Below are positions 1 to 14,073 of a stretch of 64,000 nucleotides of DNA, in pieces. The DNA lies in the NCBI RefSeq assembly GCF_001194135.2, contig NC_068981.1, positions 97,938,931 to 98,002,930 of the forward strand. The letters run 5' to 3'. Both the position numbers and the translations under genes were made by a program. Source of the stretch: Octopus bimaculoides. Taxonomy: Eukaryota. Numbering within the stretch: position 1 is the stretch's first letter; each line of letters begins with the position of its first letter. The notes beneath the pieces were generated by a model, which made no database searches, had not been told where the DNA came from, and worked only from the letters and a program-made list of their open reading frames with translations.

Positions 1-11
1 GGGATTTTTTG

Positions 12-860
12 TTAGTGCCGGGGTCGATGAATTTGTGAGGATGGTTTTTGGGGGGGTTTTCTGAAGGGTCTGGTGTCTGTGCTGCTTCTCTTTACCTCCG
101 GACAATCCACTTGAATGTGGACCTTTTTGCCGCAGGCGTAACAGGTGGGCTTTCTGCCCTCGACCTGTACCTTAAGGGCCACATTCTCGCCCACGAGCAC
201 CCTTTCGGGAAGATCCTGAAGGTCTTCTTGTGTCCCCTGAATAAGGATGTTGATGCTTCTTCCCAGCCAATATTGCGGAGACGAGCGTGATACTTGTAAT
301 ATTTTAATTTGTTTTTGCCCTGTTGAACAACACGGCAGCCACCACATCTACAGGGTCGACTTCTGGTGGTACTTCTGATATTTGTACTCTTGATGTTCTG
401 CGACCCATGTATGTCGGAAGAAGTATCACCTCATTCGTTTTTAGGGGACACACCGAGTGCCCTCGGGCCACTTCTTCCCCTGAGAAACGAACCTCTACTA
501 CTCTATATGCCCGTCCCCTGGTGATATAAACTATGTCTCTCCAAATCGGGGACAGGCATTTTTCGATAGTATCTTTTTTCGAAATGTTTAAACCTTTTTG
601 TCTTTTGGACAAAAGGTTTTAAATATCACGGTCCGTTTCTCCGTATTAATAACCGAAGCTGAGGGTGATATTTTTACATCACCACCCTCCTGCTTCATTC
701 TTTTAAACAGCTCACCGAGCTTATTTATGTCAATTTCGATATTTTCGGTTGCCACTGCGGCAACCGCTGAAAATTTTTTCGCCATGTTTTCACTCTCAAC
801 GATTGACTCCTTTTGCGAAATAAATTCAATTGACATAATATTTTCCCCACGCAAACTGGA
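12..860 (-). mobile_element. Non-LTR retrotransposon ORF1 (gag-like, CCHC zinc knuckle), frameshifted
   Basis: Three overlapping minus-strand ORFs (854-588, 612-304, 347-12); CYACGKKVHIQVDC = C-x2-C-x4-H-x4-C; GC/CpG-rich relative to background. Confidence 0.7.
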
Positions 861-1499
861 AATCCTATAAAAAAAATATTTTTAAACAGAGAAACCTAAG
901 AAAAAATATTTTTCAAGCTGTGAAAAAAATGTTCTCNNNNNNNNNNNNNNNNNNNNNNNNNNNNNNNNNNNNNNNNNNNNNNNNNNNNNNNNNNNNNNNN
1001 NNNNNNNNNNNNNNNNNNNNNNNNNNNNNNNNNNNNNNNNNNNNNNNNNNNNNNNNNNNNNNNNNNNNNNNNNNNNNNNNNNNNNNNNNNNNNNNNNNNN
1101 NNNNNNNNNNNNNNNNNNNNNNNNNNNNNNNNNNNNNNNNNNNNNNNNNNNNNNNNNNNNNNNNNNNNNNNNNNNNNNNNNNNNNNNNNNNNNNNNNNNN
1201 NNNNNNNNNNNNNNNNNNNNNNNNNNNNNNNNNNNNNNNNNNNNNNNNNNNNNNNNNNNNNNNNNNNNNNNNNNNNNNNNNNNNNNNNNNNNNNNNNNNN
1301 NNNNNNNNNNNNNNNNNNNNNNNNNNNNNNNNNNNNNNNNNNNNNNNNNNNNNNNNNNNNNNNNNNNNNNNNNNNNNNNNNNNNNNNNNNNNNNATTAAA
1401 TACGCTTTACATCGCTTAGTGAGCCAAAGGAGTAAATGTAAACAACTGAATACTTGTGAGTGATTGGTTGAAATTATCGAAATAAGACAATTTTTTACA

Positions 1500-1645
1500 T
1501 GAAATAAATTCGAATACAAAAACATTTTTTCTGTTCTATAACACAAAATAGATAAGTATACGAAGTTTGAAAGTTTTTCGCTACCAAAAACACTACGTAA
1601 AACATTAATGAAAAATGTGGCCCCCGTTTTAAAAAAGATCCAAAT
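1500..1645. repeat. Module shared, in inverted orientation, with the interior of the 15874 element
   Basis: 1505-1640 is approximately the reverse complement of 15967-16101. Confidence 0.85.
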
Positions 1646-1749
1646 TTTAAAATAAAGATGCCGCAATGGTCAACAAAGTCAATGTATATATTTTTGAAAT
1701 ATTTCCCGGTTTTACCGGGAAAAAAACATCTATGCCACACCCTCACTTT

Positions 1750-2200
1750 GTCATCCGAAGTACAAACGCAGTCCTGGCTCTCGTTAGAGAAGACTATCGA
1801 CCTCCGTTGTTGATGTCACCAATGTCGGTGCTGTGTAGCCCACTGTAGTCATGCCTGACGGTGGCAGGCAGTGAGGACAGGCCCTTGGAGCAGGACGACA
1901 GCAATGCAGGTTGTTGATGGCCAGTCGACATCATACAGTGTCGTCACTGATGGGTCACCATCCAGTACCAATGTTCTCATGAGCCATGCTGGCTGGTCTG
2001 AAGTGATCACAGAGGTGTTGTAGGTGGATGAAGCAGTTCTGCCTGGGGCACAGTCTGCAGTACTGTTGGTGTTGCAGGCGATAGATGGTGCTGACATGAA
2101 CACTGTAAGCTTTCGCAACAACCAGGGCACACTGCTCTGCTTACAATTGGTCAATAAGCTTGTTCTCTCTGCACTGCTGACAATCTGGTCATACCTGATG
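1750..2200 (-). mobile_element. Tc1-family transposase 5' remnant
   Basis: MTRLSAVQREQA...GPVLTACHRQA*LQWATQHRHW*HQQRRSIVFSNES resembles the Tc1/Tc3 HTH region and the FSDES motif; in-frame stops. Confidence 0.75.
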
Positions 2201-2479
2201 CGTCCAAATTACGAATGCCTGGAACACGGTTCAAGTTGATTTTATACCCATAATCTCCACGAGATGCATGTGTATTTTGGTTTTCATGAGAATTGTTTGC
2301 GACTGCCACCCACAGCATTCAATGCAGCTGTGTTTTGACATCTCATTTCAGGGAAAGTTGAAAAGTTACATGCAATTTGGGTCTCAGTCATAAACCAGCA
2401 TGTCTTGGAATATTTACACTTACATGCCTGAAATAAATTTTCAAAATTTACCATATAAAAATGACATTTGAAAAAAAAT

Positions 2480-3830
2480 CATGTTTCTTTTGCGAAGAAC
2501 TTGTTAAACACAATATCTGGGGTTGATATTTCTTGAAACAATTCTGTCAAAGAATGGCAGACATGTCCAAGCAATGCCATTGTATAACCAGCGGTTAGCA
2601 ACAGAAAAGATGACATGGGGTAAGATGGTAAAAAACAATTTATTGAGAAGTTGAAATCAATGTTCTCAATGCAAATGAAGGAATCTACCATACAAAACAA
2701 TGAAGCTCTGTTACTGGAATATATATGATATGCTGACCTGGAAGAATTTCAAGAGGAGATGCTGTTTTGGGAGTTATTAGAAACAACCAATTGTGTAGTT
2801 GATATGTACAGTAAATCCATTAATTAGTTGGACACAAATAAAATACCAAAAAAATATACATTGTATCACATGTGGCAGATGGTGCATCTTCTGTGATTGG
2901 TTAAAAAAAAAAAGAATATTTAAAACTGATGAAAGATGACAATCCAAACAGGTTGGCTGTGGATTGTGTTATCCACTGAGAAAGCATAGTTGCAAAGAGA
3001 ATTTTGCATCAATTGCATAAGATACTGCATTTTATAATTAAATGCATTAATTCCATCAAAGTGGATACCAAGAACATGTGAGATTATTGCTCCATGCTGA
3101 AGTAAGGTGGTTCATCATCAACATCATCATCATTGTTGTCATTTAATATCCTCTTTCCATGCTGGCATTGGTTAGACAGTTCGATAGGATCCAACAAACC
3201 ACAAGACTGCATCGCGTTCAAATAGTTGCCAAAAGGGAACTACCTCAAAAGATCTATGATGCTATTTGACCTTTTCATCAAGATTTTCAAGGGCAATAGA
3301 CAACAATGTCTATGTGAGTTACTTGAGTGACACTTTTCAGAAGCATTGCTTTTCAGATAAGCAACTCCAAGGAGCTAATGTGATATTCATCAATGCAAAT
3401 GAAAGACATTTGTGCCAATACACGATACTGGCAAGAAAAGTTAGCCAGTTCTCATGGTTGGAAAAGTCTGATGTAAGTGATGCTGCAAAGAATGTTCATT
3501 GTTCATTACAAGAAAACTTTGGATAATGACTTCAGTAACAAGTTTTATAATCTGAAAGCAATGGAGTACCTATCTTGGTAAACTCAACCAATTCTGATGG
3601 AATTATCTGAAGTAACAATGCAATATCAAGAAGTTACAAGATGATTCTGTAAAAATCATTTTCAAAATCAAAAGAACCACGATGTGACTGTCTGAGGAGA
3701 GCTAAAAGTAATACCCTAACTCAACTATGAAAGGAAGTACTGATACATTCTCCAGTGTTTTATTTAACTGAGTGCATACTTAGTCTTGTTACTCATTTGC
3801 TGCAAGCTAAGAGAAATCAACAGGATATTC
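2480..3830 (+). mobile_element. hAT (Charlie/Buster, ZBED/SCAND3-like) transposase remnant, interrupted by a repeat at about 3120-3230
   Basis: FSMQMKEST..NNEALLL..EEMLFWELLETT, ADGAS, CVIH*E and LLLHAEVRW motifs, with stops and frameshifts. Confidence 0.75.
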
Positions 3831-5182
3831 CAAGGCAGAGATTTAAGGCTAAAACTGACAGAATTAATACTTTAAATCAAACAAACTTGCAGCCAGCATC
3901 AATAGCAAAACTCTGATTGAAATAAGCATACAACACTTAACAATAACCTTTTAGTTAAAACTTCTTGGTATTTAGAATATATATATATGTGTGTGTGTGT
4001 ATATGCAAGACACAAAATATTAATTTTATCCAATCATGGCAAGATGCTTTTTACTATGTTATTTTTAAAATTGAAATAGGGCACAGAATAAAAAAAAGGA
4101 TGTAATCCCTCAACATATTTTGAGTTACAAACATGAACACACCATCTTGCTTATACATACGATACATAATATCTCACCCTCTCCAATCCTTATTCCAGTT
4201 CAGTATAAACACCTCCCTGTGACTTAGGTGTGCAGCCCCAGCCCCATCCCATCTTTACCATCTCTCTCTCCATCTAAGGTAGCCATGTTTCTCCGCTAAT
4301 ACAAGGCTTTATTTTTTTTGTCCCTCAGTACTTCTCCTTCCTAGTTGAGGGGTCTCCTGCAAGTTACTTGGTGACCTCTCTGCTTCTGGTGTCACATAAA
4401 AAGCACCCAGTACACTCTGTAAAATGGTTGGCATCTAGCTGTTTAAAATCATGTCAAAGCTGACGACAGAGTTTGGTGCAGTCTTCTGAACTTGCCAGTT
4501 ACTCTTAAACTGTCCAACCCAAGCAAACATAAAAAACAAACATTAAATAATGATGATGATTCAAATAATATGATTTTCCAAATGCCAACCCACTCCAATC
4601 ACCGTAACCATCCTCCTCTAACCACTATAATACTCCCCATATATCTGTATGTAACAGGGCTATTCGACATCCTTTCACTTGTCCTGTATCTCTCTTCCAT
4701 ACATTGACCTAACCATATCTAGATTTCTTGAAACTTTTTTGTTTTGTTTATATTATTCATTTTCCTTTTATTTCGTTTAAGTTGCTTTTCAATGTCAGCT
4801 CCTCCTTTTTCAGTAACTCTTCCTGAAAATTCTTGAAATTATCTCCCTTTTTCATACGGAGTTAGGTGGAGATAGTTTTAGTAAACTAAGAATTTGTTGT
4901 ATAGTATTTCATATACTAGTATTTTTTTTTTGTCTATATTGTTCAATTACTTGCCACTGGCCACTAAGTTATTTCTCTTAGCTCATTTTTGCTTATATTT
5001 AAGGAACTCTGATATGATACAACACCAGTTTGAAGATTGCTTTAAGAGAACAACTCTAGTCCTCAGATCATAATTTTATTATATTTTTGGTCACTTAAAA
5101 ATAGTGTTATTTTGTAAATGTGTGTTCATTAAAAGGAAATAACAACCATCAGATAAGTAATGCTTTTATTTTATGTGTGTGC

Positions 5183-5220
<38 letters not shown>

Positions 5221-5430
5221 CACACACACAGAGGTGCATGGATAGATATGTGTGGATATGTGGTAAGAAACTTGCTTCCGAACATGTGGCTCTGGGCTCA
5301 GTCCCACTACATGGCATCTTGAGCTAGTGTCTTTCATTGCAACCCCAGGTCAATCAAAGACCTGTAAGTGGATCTGTTCAACTAAAACCTCAAACCAGCA
5401 CCCTGAAACAAATAAAAGGTAACTGGTATA

Positions 5431-6656
5431 TTGGATCATCCCATAAATAATGTATTTTTTTTTAATACTTTTTTTTATTTTTCAGAATTAAGATAACCAA
5501 AGTTCTATTTTAATCTAAAATATACTCTCCTTCATTTTCTACAATGCTCTTTCATCTCTCTGGTAGACTTGCGAGGCCCCTCTTCCAAAATTCACTTGTC
5601 CGTGACAAAAAATACTCCTCCAGTATTGTTCTGACCTCGTCTACAGAATTCATATTTTTTCCATCTAAATGATTTTGAAGACTGTGGAATAAATGATAAC
5701 CAGATGGAGCAATGTCTAACGAATATGGTGGGTGGGGCAGCGTTTCTCATTCAAACTGCTCCAGCCTTTGGAATGTCATCCTTGTTGTATGTGGCCAAGC
5801 ATTATCCTGATGGAAGAACACATTTTGTCTTGAAAACAAAGATGGTCGTTTTTCTTCTAGTGCTGTCTTAAGCCGCTCAAACCTTTCATATCCCACCAAA
5901 CAGATAACAATACCTTAGATGGGTGAAAACCTTGTTTAGCCTGAGGTGCCAGTGTTTCTCCCTTCCTTACCTACAGTCTTCGGCACTTGACATTTTTAAA
6001 GAGAACCCATTTCTCATCACCTGTCACTATTTGGTTCAAAAGAAGGTTCATTTGTAAGATGTGACAGCAAAGAAGAGCACACATTCACTCTCTATGCACG
6101 ATTAGACTCATAAAGTTTGTGAGAAACCCATTGACTCAATTTTCTGGCTTTTCCGATAGCACACAGGCGTTGATGAATGGTTGAATGACCAAATCCAAGC
6201 TTCTCTGCTAGCCTCTCAACAGTTACGATGGGATTTTGTTCCACTAGGGTTTGCAGGACATCCTTATCAAGCTCTACAGATCTTCCAAGGCGAGGCTTGT
6301 CTTCTAGGCTGTAGTTTCCAGCTCAGAATTTCTGGAACCACCGTTGATACAGGCTTACGCTTATTGTCCAATTCCTATGTACTGCATTAATATTCCTTGC
6401 ACTTTCTGTTGCATTGCCTTTATTGAACTCATAAAGCAAAATATGCTGAATATGCTTCTTTGTCACTTCCATTATAGCTGTGAAAAAATAACTGTTAAAA
6501 TCGAACTGCACTCCTCAAAACTTGCACTAAGAATAAGGACAAGGTAAAATTACTACCTGTTTTTATAGCAAGTTGATGCAGGTAGTTTATCCTGTCCCTC
6601 TACAACTTTTAGTTCATGCAATTGAAAAAAAAAACATTATTTATGGGATGACCCAA
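5431..6656 (-). mobile_element. Full-length degenerate mariner (D,D34D class) DNA transposon
   Basis: TIRs ttggatcatcccataaataatg / cattatttatgggatgacccaa; TA on both flanks. Transposase remnant 6472-5510: MEVTKKHIQHILLYEF, VTGDEKW, HQDNAWPH, PYSLDIAPSGYHLF (third Asp mutated to Gly); in-frame stops. Confidence 0.93.
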
Positions 6657-7039
6657 TATATCTCATCATCATCATTTAATGTCTGCCTTCCACACATGCA
6701 TGGGTTGGGCAGTTTGACAGGAGCTGGCCAGGCAGAAGACTGCACCAGACTTATGTGTCTGTCTTGGCAAGGTTTTTACGGCAGGATACACTTCCTAACA
6801 CCAATCACCCCACAGAGTGGACTGAGTGCTTTTGACATGGTACCAGCATGTACACACACACTCACAAAAGGGTTGACTGAAAAGTTCATAGGTTGGCTAA
6901 GATACTCTTATGGAATGTGACCAAATGAGGTTTATTTTTCAACATGGTTCCTCTTGCAGTCCACACACTTCTTCCATCAGTGTTGCAGTGCTTGCATCTC
7001 AATGGTCAAAAATGTCATCATCACTGCCTTTCTTATAAT

Positions 7040-7092
<53 letters not shown>

Positions 7093-7603
7093 ATGTGTAG
7101 ACATTGAGTTAATATTTATATGTATGATTAAGGTGGCAAACTGGCAGAATCATTAGCACACCGGGCGAAATGCTTAGTGGCAGGCATTTCATCTGTCTAG
7201 ATTCAGAGTTCAAATTCTGTTGAGGTCAACTTTGCCTTTCATCTTTTCAGGGTAATTAAAATAAGTACCAGTTGAGCAGTGGAGTAATGTAATCAACTTA
7301 CCCTTGCTCAACCAAATTGTTGGCCTTGTGCCAAAATTTGCAACTAATATTTATATGTATGGTTATAGTTTGGCACAGTGTTACAATGAAAGTCAGAATA
7401 AAGTAATGCTATGACTTCATCTGATGGGAGAACTCGTGTATCATCAGAAAGACTTTTGATGTAGTGTCATCACTACAGTGCCAAAAGCATGATACATAAC
7501 AATGATGACAATATAGTGTTAATAAGTACATGTTAGACATGTACTATTAATATACATATAATGTACACACATACACACACGTGTGTGTTTGTATAGATAT
7601 AGA

Positions 7604-7668
<65 letters not shown>

Positions 7669-9149
7669 CCAATGCCACATAAAAGTAACCAGCACACACT
7701 GTAAAGTGGTTGGCATTAGGACAGACATCCAGCCATAGAAACTGAAACTTGGTGCAGCTCTTCAGCTTGCCAGCTCTGGTCAAACCATCCAACCCATGCC
7801 AGAATGGAAAACAGATATTAAAGAATGATGATGATAATGACGATTGTGTGTGTGTGGGTGAGTGTGTGTGTGTGTGCATGTGTGCGCACATATGCATGAA
7901 TTGATATGTAGCATAAATGAATATGTGTTTGTGATGGGAGATTGGTAGGAGGAGGAGGAGACTCCCTTCGGTCATGAATGACCATGGGATTGCACCTAGA
8001 AAGTTACCCTCCGAGGCACAAGTCCAGGCAAGATTGTTTGTGGAAGACCAGCAGTCGCCCATGCATACCAGCCTCCCCTCTCCACACCACTGATATTATC
8101 CAAGGGAAAGGCAAAAGCTGATACAGCTTGGCACCTGTGATGTCATAACTCATTTCTACAGCTGAGTTAACTGGAGCAACGTGAAATAAAGTGTCTTGCT
8201 CAAGAACACAACACACAGCCCGGTCCAGGAATCGAACTCACAACCTCATGATTGTAAGCTCGACACTCTAACCACTGAGCCCATGCGCCTTCACAGGGGG
8301 ACTGGTAGCAGTAATGAGTAAAATATAATAGCAAAATGCAGTGCAATACCAACATTGAGCTTTGTCATATTCAGCAGTGGAGCTCATTTCATATATGCAA
8401 ACATTTAAATATATTATTTGTTAATCACAAAAATTAAAAGCATCTATAGTCTATGATGTGTGCCATTTGGTGAGTGGGTTACGTGTACTGTTAGATTGTT
8501 AACTAAAGAGCTGTCAGCTCATTTCCCACCTCTGGAGCATTGGTGTTTTTATGACAGCACTATTTCTCAAATAAGAGCAGACCACCTGGATCAGAGATAT
8601 TGAACCTATGATATGTGTACAGTTGTGAACATTACAGGGTTTTAGGTGGAATGTTATAAAAATGTTCCTCTCTCAGCTCTGACCTAAAAGTAAAATACAT
8701 ATTTACATATAAGTGATATTTCAGTAACATGATTAATAAAGTAATCAATATTTCAACATATTGGGCTGAAAAGACTTGACATGACTGGCCTAAACAAACC
8801 GAATCAGTTTGAGAGGTTCTAGAAGGAGATTGAGGAACTCTGACACAAAGGAGTAGATAGGTGATATGTTATAAACCACTGATATTTTGACAATTAGTAG
8901 CCTGCAGTTGTAAGGATTGCAAAGACAACACTTTGACCATTTAAACTAAACTATATTTACGTTGTTTAACCCGTGACTAATCCTCTGATCAAAAGCATTT
9001 AAGTTGTGACTATCCTGTTTCTTTTTTTTTTTTCTTTTTTAAGGATACCATAAGACTACATTATTTATTAGGTCTCGTGTTCTCATATCTGATGGAGAAA
9101 AATTTGACTGTTTTGTCTAGCAGGTTGAGCAACTAGATAGATGCTCCTT

Positions 9150-9855
9150 TGGGCTGTAATGGTAATGATATGTTGATCAGTAGATGGTTTTGGGTGAACT
9201 GTGCTCATAAATCCAATATGTTGACCAGTAGATGGTACTGTGATGGTAACATTGATGTTAACCAATAGATTGGGCTGTGATGGTCACACTGATTTGTCAA
9301 CCAGTAGATGTTACCATGACAGTAATATATATGTTGACCAGTAGATGGGATTGTGAGTCACACTGATATGTCAACTAGTAGAGAGTATTGTGACAGTAAC
9401 CCAGATATGTTGACCAGTAGACAGGATTGCGACAGTCACACTGATATGTCAACCAGTAGATGGTAGTGACGATAACACAGATACCCTGACCAGATGTGAT
9501 TGTAATGGTCACACTGATATGTCAACCAGTAGATGGTATTGTGACAGTAACACAGATATGTTGACCAGTAAATGGGATTATGACAGTCACACTGATATNN
9601 NNNNNNNNTATATGTTGACCAGTAGATGGGATTGTGAGTCACACTGATATGTCAACTAGTAGAGAGTATTGTGACAGTAACCCAGATATGTTGACCAGTA
9701 GACAGGATTGCGACAGTCACACTGATATGTCAACCAGTAGATGGTAGTGACGATAACACAGATACCCTGACCAGATGTGATTGTAATGGTCACACTGATA
9801 TGTCAACCAGAAGAGATGGTACTGTGACATCAATACAGATATGTCAACTAGTACA
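9150..9855. repeat. About 39-bp minisatellite with alternating A/B monomers
   Basis: Monomer tatgttgaccagtagatgggattgtgacagtcacactga alternates with tatgtcaaccagtagatggtattgtgacagtaacacaga; 10-N gap inside. Confidence 0.92.
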
Positions 9856-12800
9856 TGACACTGTGTAGACTAGGATGATAACCTTGAAGCTTTGATCAAT
9901 AAACAGTCCTGTGTGGGTTGATACAAAAAATAGAAACCAACAGTACAAATAAACCTGCAAAAAAAAGGTTAAAAGCAACAACAACAACAGAAATATAAAT
10001 GCATAATGAAGTATAAATTCACTGAAATTTACTTTATTTATGACATGAGTGTGGCCATCCTTAATGTGGAATTGGATGGGCATGAAGAAAGATGAAAAGA
10101 GCTAATGATATCAGTCCACTAGAGTCAGCAGATACACTGCTCTAGCAACCACACACGCACATGTACACTGCCAATTCGACAGGCCAGTAGTGGTGGTGGT
10201 TGTAGTAGTGGTGGTGGTGGTTGTGGTGGTGGTGGTGGTGTGGTTGGCAGCGTTAACGAGAATGACAACGACAAACATATCTTGACAAGCAAGAGTAAAA
10301 AAAGAAGTCTATGATTTTGGTTTAATGTCTTTCCAACTTTGTAGGTCTCTTGTTTCCAGAGGCACATTAGTGGCAGCCACCTTGGCTTCAGTGACTCAAT
10401 GGTGGCTACTACCATGTTAGGAGATTTTTTTATTTTATTTTATTTTTTTGTTCTCGTTTTTAAATACATTTTTTGTTTTTATTTTGTTTGTTTGTTTGGG
10501 TTTTTTTTTAATATTTTTTAAAATAAAATTTAAAACTGTCCTTTTATTTTTTTTTGGCTTTATATTGTCCATTACATATGTACAACTGTATCATCTATCC
10601 CAGTCCACATACACTCTAGAATGGTTCAACAGAGGAAGAGGAGGAGTACTGGAAGTAGAAGCTGAACTACCACTGCTGGCATCTGGTTTAGACCACAGCA
10701 TCATTGCCCTTGGCAGTTAATTTGGCTCAAATGAGAAAGGAAAACCCCCAAACACAATAAACTCAAGTGTGATGGAGAGATGAAAAATTCTGAGTTGAGA
10801 TTTTACTGGGTTGATGGAATTAAGGAGATCAATAGCTGTTTAAAAACTCAAATCCTTGAAGACAGGATTCTTAGATTCAACTGACATTCCAAGGTTGACT
10901 ATAATATTCCAAACTTAGCTAAGTATTAGTGAATTATCCATCGAGAACACAGAGCAAGTGTAGCAATATCTTCTAGTCTAGATACTGGCTATTTGAAGAT
11001 TGTATAACTCCACAAAAACTAATACAGGCAGAGAAAAGGTGAGAGCAAGAGTGAGTTGACACCTGTAACAGTAAACTGAGATTGAGGAAGTCTATAAGAG
11101 GGACAAGATGAAGTAGAAACAGTTCTATCTTAAATATAATAATTTCACTTTGTTGCTTTATTTTGAAATTAATCAATAAAATTGACAACTGTAACTCTCT
11201 GACTGACATTTGGAAACTCTAAATCAAGACAGAGTCTGTATAATATTCCCTCAGAGATAATTGAATTAAATAGCTGAATAACTAGCTACTAAATGTATGT
11301 CAGCTTGCACATCAATGGGTTTTTGCAGATTTAGATTCAATATTCACAAGGAAGAACCGTAAAAGTTTAACAAAACAATAAAAAAAAGTTCTCATCAGTT
11401 TTTTTTTTTTTTTCCTTTTTAAACAACAAATTGAGTATACAACATACAGATGGTTGCATTGCTTGACTTGTTTGTATCTATATACAGAGCTACTACTGAG
11501 ATTGGATATGGCTTGCTCAACTGCATAAATAAATGGGTCCAATCAGTTAGGTTCATAATCACTGCAATAGTATTGCTCTTGTGATAGATGTTAGCTGAGC
11601 ACTGAATAGTAGAGTTGAGCTCATGGTTTCAATTCCTGACTCAGGCCCTTTCACACCATTTAGTGTGTTCTCATGTCACCTTTAATAAGTTGCAACCTTG
11701 ATATGCTATCAGTCATTAGCAATGATAACTTTGTTTTAATATATGATATGAGAGAACAACAATAGAGTAATTATAAAACAGAAACAATGTGTTATATAGT
11801 CACAAAACTAATACAGAGTAGGAAGAGATGATTGAATGAACTCAAGGACATGGTTAATACTTATTCTAACAACTCCTGAGATAATAATAAGCAGAGTCAA
11901 CTCTGTAGGTATGATCTAGAGAAATGTAATTAAATACTATAAGGTGTCTAATATAGCACTTTACTGATTTCAACCTTTGACTCATACTATTTCACATCAC
12001 ATCATTAACTCAAAAGTTGCAATTGTTATATATTATCAGTCATTACCAAAGATAAAAACTGTTGAATGTGAAGGCAATTTTAATCTAAAACTACATCAAA
12101 AACTTCTAAAAGAATAGGAAAATATGACCATGACAAATTAAAATTTAAATAACAACAGTCTGCTTTGGTGGTAGAATTAAAATAAAATATTTAATGAATT
12201 CAAAAAAGGTTTAAAAGGCTATTCAAACTGTTGAATTATATTTTTTAAAAAAGGGGGAAGGGTCTTTAAAATGACAATACAAGTATATCTAGAATTTTAA
12301 AAAAAGCCAAAAAAGAAACAATAGCAATGTATGTCCTTCAAAGTTTCTATTTTTGACTAAATCTTCGATGATAAGATAACGATGCCTTAGTTTAGCAGAA
12401 ATGTATGGAGTCTGGGAATATAAAATTGAAAACATGTCCCACAAGACAGTTACAACCAGAATGAGAAGTAAAAAGAACAGAGAAGCAACCAAACTACAAG
12501 AACAGAAAAGAACAGAGGAAATTAGACAAAAAGTACGGTAAAATCATGAAAACTGAGGTACAGTGAGAATAAGAGTCAAAGAAGCAATCAGGATACAAGG
12601 AATGTACTGAATGTTATGTATTATTTCAAGTCCAACCTAGGAAATAATGTTGATTTAAAAAAGGATTGTAACATTCATAAGTTGATAGCTGCATCAACCT
12701 TGCGCACCAGTAGGAATAATAGAAGCCTGTCACTTATAGATTGACATATATGAGGGTTAACAGTGATAAAACAATGATAACTGAAGAGCTATATGAAGAT

Positions 12801-13924
12801 GCCTTGGTATAAATCTCATGTCTATTTACATTTCTCCACCAAAGCAAATCAAACGAATAATGATTTACATACAATCACCAACAATCAAGGTGACAGATGA
12901 TAGCCAATATCTTAACTGAGTGAAGATGAAGGCAACAAAATTATGCAAATATCTCCAACATATCCAGTATTGAGCATGATTTTTACTAAGGAAATCTTTT
13001 CTTTCTTCAAAAGCCTGGTTGTTCTTTTTTTTATCCTGTCTTACACCAACACTGCCATCTTTCTTGTGTGGTATCTAATCACAGAGTAGTACAGATACAA
13101 ATAAAAGCAATATAAATAGTAGTTGGAGGCAGGTGGCAGCACAGATAGGAGGCAGGAATGAGGAAGAGGAGAGGGCAGTTGCGACAGGAGGAAGAATCTA
13201 GATTTACACAGTTTGAAAACAGTGCAGCAGAAAAAAAAAATGTTATTACAAGACAAGGGTAAAACCATTTTTCTTTTTCCACCAGGAATGACTTCAGTTG
13301 GAAGTAAAAATAGAACTCTTGACAGGAAAAACAAGGGATAGTCGTAACAGATGTCTGGTGTATTGTCAGGTGTATGGTAAAAGAGTAACTCAAAAGGTAA
13401 CATATCGCAGTGCAGCTCTTGTGTTATCCAGCTCAACATTGCTATTCAATTAGTCCCTGTATAAAGTTAAAGTTGCAATAGTAGTTGTAGTGGTGGGGAA
13501 TCTTGAATCAGTAGTAGTTGTAGTAGAGGTAGCTGCGGTAAGAATGTATTGTTCTCATCCAACTATTACACAGATCATAGAATACCTTATCCACAACTAG
13601 CGGAAGAAGAACATTATATCACTATCTTCCTTGACTTGGTAAAGTGTTTGTGTGTTTTATATGTGTGTCTGTGTATGTGTATGTGCATGTATATATAATA
13701 CCCACAAATACACATGTGAGTCAGCAGGTGTATGTTTATGTGTGTAATGTGTTCATACATTCAGATGCTGTTGTTAAGCTGTAAATCTTGTTATTTCTTT
13801 TCCAGTGTTATTGTGCTCCATTGATCATCCCCAACCATCCATCTGTGGTCTGAAAAACCAGTGAATGTGGGCATATAGTGTAGTTGGCCATCTACGCACA
13901 GTTATTTAGACCTCCATGTTGGGT

Positions 13925-13983
13925 GTATACATACATACATACATATATATATATACATATATAAATTGTATATATATATATAA

Positions 13984-14046
<63 letters not shown>
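13925..14046. repeat. (TA)n/(TACA)n microsatellite immediately 3' of the SPPL3 stop codon
   Basis: Direct reading. Many other (TA)n, (CA)n, (GA)n, (GAT)n and (AAT)n tracts occur, e.g. 7043-7090, 17333-17460, 44491-44549, 56645-56712, 59985-60166, 61600-61680. Confidence 0.95.
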
Positions 14047-14047
<1 letters not shown>

Positions 14048-14073
14048 GTAGTTGGCCATCTACACACAGCTGT

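Noticed and set aside
896-1666. Long ORFs spanning N runs (also at 15889-16726, 30182-30844, 47782-48364, 59918-60832 and others)
   Set aside because: Artefacts of untranslatable gap sequence
9150-9855. Repeat array as a possible CRISPR
   Set aside because: No unique spacers, the monomers are contiguous, and the context is eukaryotic
10125-10415. Proline-rich ORF (PPPPPQPPPP)
   Set aside because: Derived from a (GGT)n simple repeat; no recognisable domain
13790-13851. Possible alternative SPPL3 terminal exon (ttttcag|TTDGWLGMINGAQ*)
   Set aside because: No homology; the true terminal exon at 14139-14074 fits fully
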